Source of the DNA: Lama guanicoe
Lineage: Eukaryota
DNA length: 64,000 nt
NCBI GenBank assembly: GCA_013239625.1
Contig: MU053934.1
Location: forward strand, 9,445,352-9,509,351
Reading direction: 5' to 3'
Position 1 is the stretch's first letter; each line of letters starts with the position of its first letter. A program made the translations under genes and the position numbers. Positions 61,311-64,000 of this stretch are shown one piece after another. The notes beneath the pieces were generated by a model. It made no database searches. It was not told where the DNA came from and worked only from the letters and a program-made list of their open reading frames with translations.

Positions 61311-63224
61311 ACAAACACATCTCCTTTCCTTTCTTCCAGCGGTAGCAGGCCGGGGACACGGGGCTGGGCTCTGGGACAGGACGGTGACAATACCCGGGTC
61401 CAGCGAAAGGGAACTGCCTGGAAGGCGGTAGCAGACGCTAGAGGGTGAGGGTGGGGCTCCCTGCCCTGGTCCCCTGGCCCAGTCTCCTGGCTGGTTATTC
61501 TTGAGGGCTGCGTGCTCACTGGGCACTACTGATGCAGGGGCGAGCCCTGTCCCCCGGGCCGGCTCGGGTGGCCGGGAAGCCAGATCCTCCTGTTTGGAGC
61601 GACCGAGTCCTGTGGCTCCCAGCCCTTCTCCTGAACAATCTGGGCTCCCTGCAGACGTGGGTGAGGATGGGTGGGGGTTCTGGTCTCTGCCCCTTTGCCA
61701 CTTTCCCTGCTGCAGGAGACCCTCCTTGGTGAGAACTGCAGGAACTGATTGGTGGGGGCAAGGGGTGGCCGGCCCTGGGCCAGAGACTGCGCTGCAGTGC
61801 ATCTCCTGCCCCCACGGCCCTATTGTTTATCAGTACTTCTCCCTCCAAATCTGGGGACACTGAGAGCAGGAGTGAGTTGCCCAGAGTCACCTGGCCGGTA
61901 GCGGGGGACGGGGAGAGCTCAACCTTGACCCCACGCCTGGATTCTCACTGCCTTCAAACTCCAGTTCCCGGGAGCTTCTGGGCCCCAAACAGCTCATTAA
62001 CGCAGCGTGGGTTTGGGGGTCAGGGGCTGTGTGTTTCCTGTGCCTGCTGTCTGCTCCGGGTGATCATGCGACTTGAAATCTGCTGCACATTCGGTGGAGC
62101 CGTCAGCGGGGCTTAGTGGCTAAACATGAGTGTCTCTGGGAACAGGGCTCTGCCTGTGCTTAGAGCTGCTGGGACCGTGGTCTTGCAGCTCCCTCCCTGA
62201 CTCTGCCTCTCCCTTACTACCAGCCGGCTTCACAGAGGTGCTGAGAAGGAGGAGACCCGGCTGATTTAGTTTCTTTCCCCTCCCTAACTGAGCAGATTCT
62301 ACAACAGACTGTGGAAATTAAAAATAAGAGGCCAGAACCATAAATATATATATATATATTTTTTTTTTCTAACCAAATCACAAGTGGGGAAGATGAGGCG
62401 GCAGTAGGTTAAGGACATTTGTGATGTAGAGTTTTTATCACCTGACACTTTCATGACTGTGAATGTCACAATGGATGGTCCTTGGAAACGGGTGGCAGCG
62501 GAGACTACGGGCTTATACCTGTGTGTGAAGCTGCATTGAAGTGAGGTCAGCCCGGAATTAGCTCACAACATGGGGGCCATCAGTCACGCCAGATTCTCCT
62601 ATGTTTGTGTATCAATTTATATAAAGAAATCAACTGTAATATGAGTAGCCAAAGGCGCCTCTGAAGTAAAAGGGACTAAGGGACATGCTTTCTTCTCTCT
62701 CACTCTCTTTCTCCATGTATTTATATATACATATTCTCCAAACTTTCTATAACCGTTTCTTGTTATAACAAGAAGGAACAAAATACACTCTTATTAAATG
62801 TAGTCAAACTGCAACTCAACCTTCATGTCCAATGATACCATGACAGTCAAGGGTACTTTTTATTGAGTGTCTGGTATGTTCCAGATGTTCCACCAAACTC
62901 CCACTACCCTGGCTCCTCGGAACACCCAGCACGTGCGAGCTGTCCCCCCTGCACGCAGGAGCACGCAGGAGCTGAGTCGGTACGCAGCGCCCACGTGGCC
63001 GAGCTAGGGGCTGAACGTGGATGACTCCAACTCTGTCCTATTTCCGTAACAATTTCCTGCCTCTTCAAGGTGAGTATTTTTCCCAAATACAATCATCTTC
63101 AATGAAAATATTTTATCGTTTAAATAAAATCTGAAATTATTTCTGTAAACAGAATTTAGTGAAATAAATACACTAATCATTTTTTAAAAAACTTTATGAC
63201 CCTGTTAACCAACAGCCAAAGTGG

Positions 63225-63362
63225 GGAACATCCCAGGGATCAGGATAAAATGAAAATGCAGGGCGCCTTGTTCCAAAAGGATTGAGAATTTTAATACAAG
63301 GACAGCAGAGCATAAAATGTGGCGCGACTGCACGGGCTACACACCCGTGAAGCCAGGCCGAA
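63225..63362 (-). mobile_element. MER45A-like hAT-Tip100 MITE fragment
   Basis: aaaatgaaaatgcagggcgccttgttc...gacagcagagcat...cccgtgaagccaggcc. Confidence 0.7.
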
Positions 63363-64000
63363 CAAGGTCTTGGTGGGTTTTGATTGAGCAAGGGTCACAT
63401 CCCCTTTGGGGACAAACTGAGCTCCAGAGATCACATATTAGACAACAAATGGATTCAAGCTTTAGGAAGACGTACAGTTCCAGATAAAATTTTCAGTCCT
63501 GGAAATACAAAATAATTGCAGCTCAGGAATGGAGTTCCCTGGTGAGGATGCCAGGGGAGAGAGCAGGCACTTCCCTCCCCTGGAAAGGGCCCAGCCTCTG
63601 AGCAAGGGGCTTGTCCAGGAGGACTACCCCCTGCAGGACGCCCCCTGGCGCCGAGCCCTGATGGAACTTCAGTGCCTTGCGGGAGAGCACAGGAGTGCAC
63701 GGCTGACCAGCCTGGGTCTTGGGGAGAAATGAGAAAAGACAATGCCCGCGCTTGCTCCCGTGAAAAGAGGACCTTTTCTGGGAAAGTATCTTGGGCTTCA
63801 TGGGCAGGTGGATTTTTCCCCAGCACTCTCAGGCACCGCCTAATTTGCAGGACAAGAGACAACATACTCCCCCCACTCCAACCCCCACCCTGGTCTCCAC
63901 AGCCCCCTTGCTCATTTTTCTTAAAAAAAAAAACAAACAACCCTATTCTCCCAGCCTTTCACAGAGCTCTGGGCTCTGGGACTGTTTTCTCCATAAACAT

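Noticed and set aside
47300..64000. let-7a-3/let-7b microRNAs expected from human synteny
   Set aside because: I did not see the TGAGGTAGTAG signature in the window. If syntenic, they lie beyond the right edge.

Overview
This is mammalian genomic DNA, not prokaryotic. Three tRNA-Ala-derived SINEs and the L1 3' ends suggest a camelid (inference). The window holds the 5' end of WNT7B on the minus strand and about 55 kb of upstream region in which I find no other gene. The only protein-coding sequence I can support is two alternative first coding exons of WNT7B: 'MHRNFRKW...' at 9038-9108 and 'MLLLSPRS...' at 4720-4802, the latter missing from the ORF track. Both end in phase 2 at GTGAGT donors, and the remaining exons lie off the left edge. 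The other ORF-track entries look like GC-rich chance ORFs, apart from one decayed L1 ORF2 remnant. The rest of the window is CpG islands (two at WNT7B and two orphan islands at about 50 and 57 kb), SINE/LINE/LTR/DNA-transposon relics, microsatellites, three N gaps and two exact tandem duplications (640 bp and 70 bp). I found no new biological system. The best leads are regulatory and all need conservation or functional data: uORFs in the WNT7B leader, a candidate divergent lncRNA, an oriented set of CTCF-like motifs, and motif clusters in the orphan islands.
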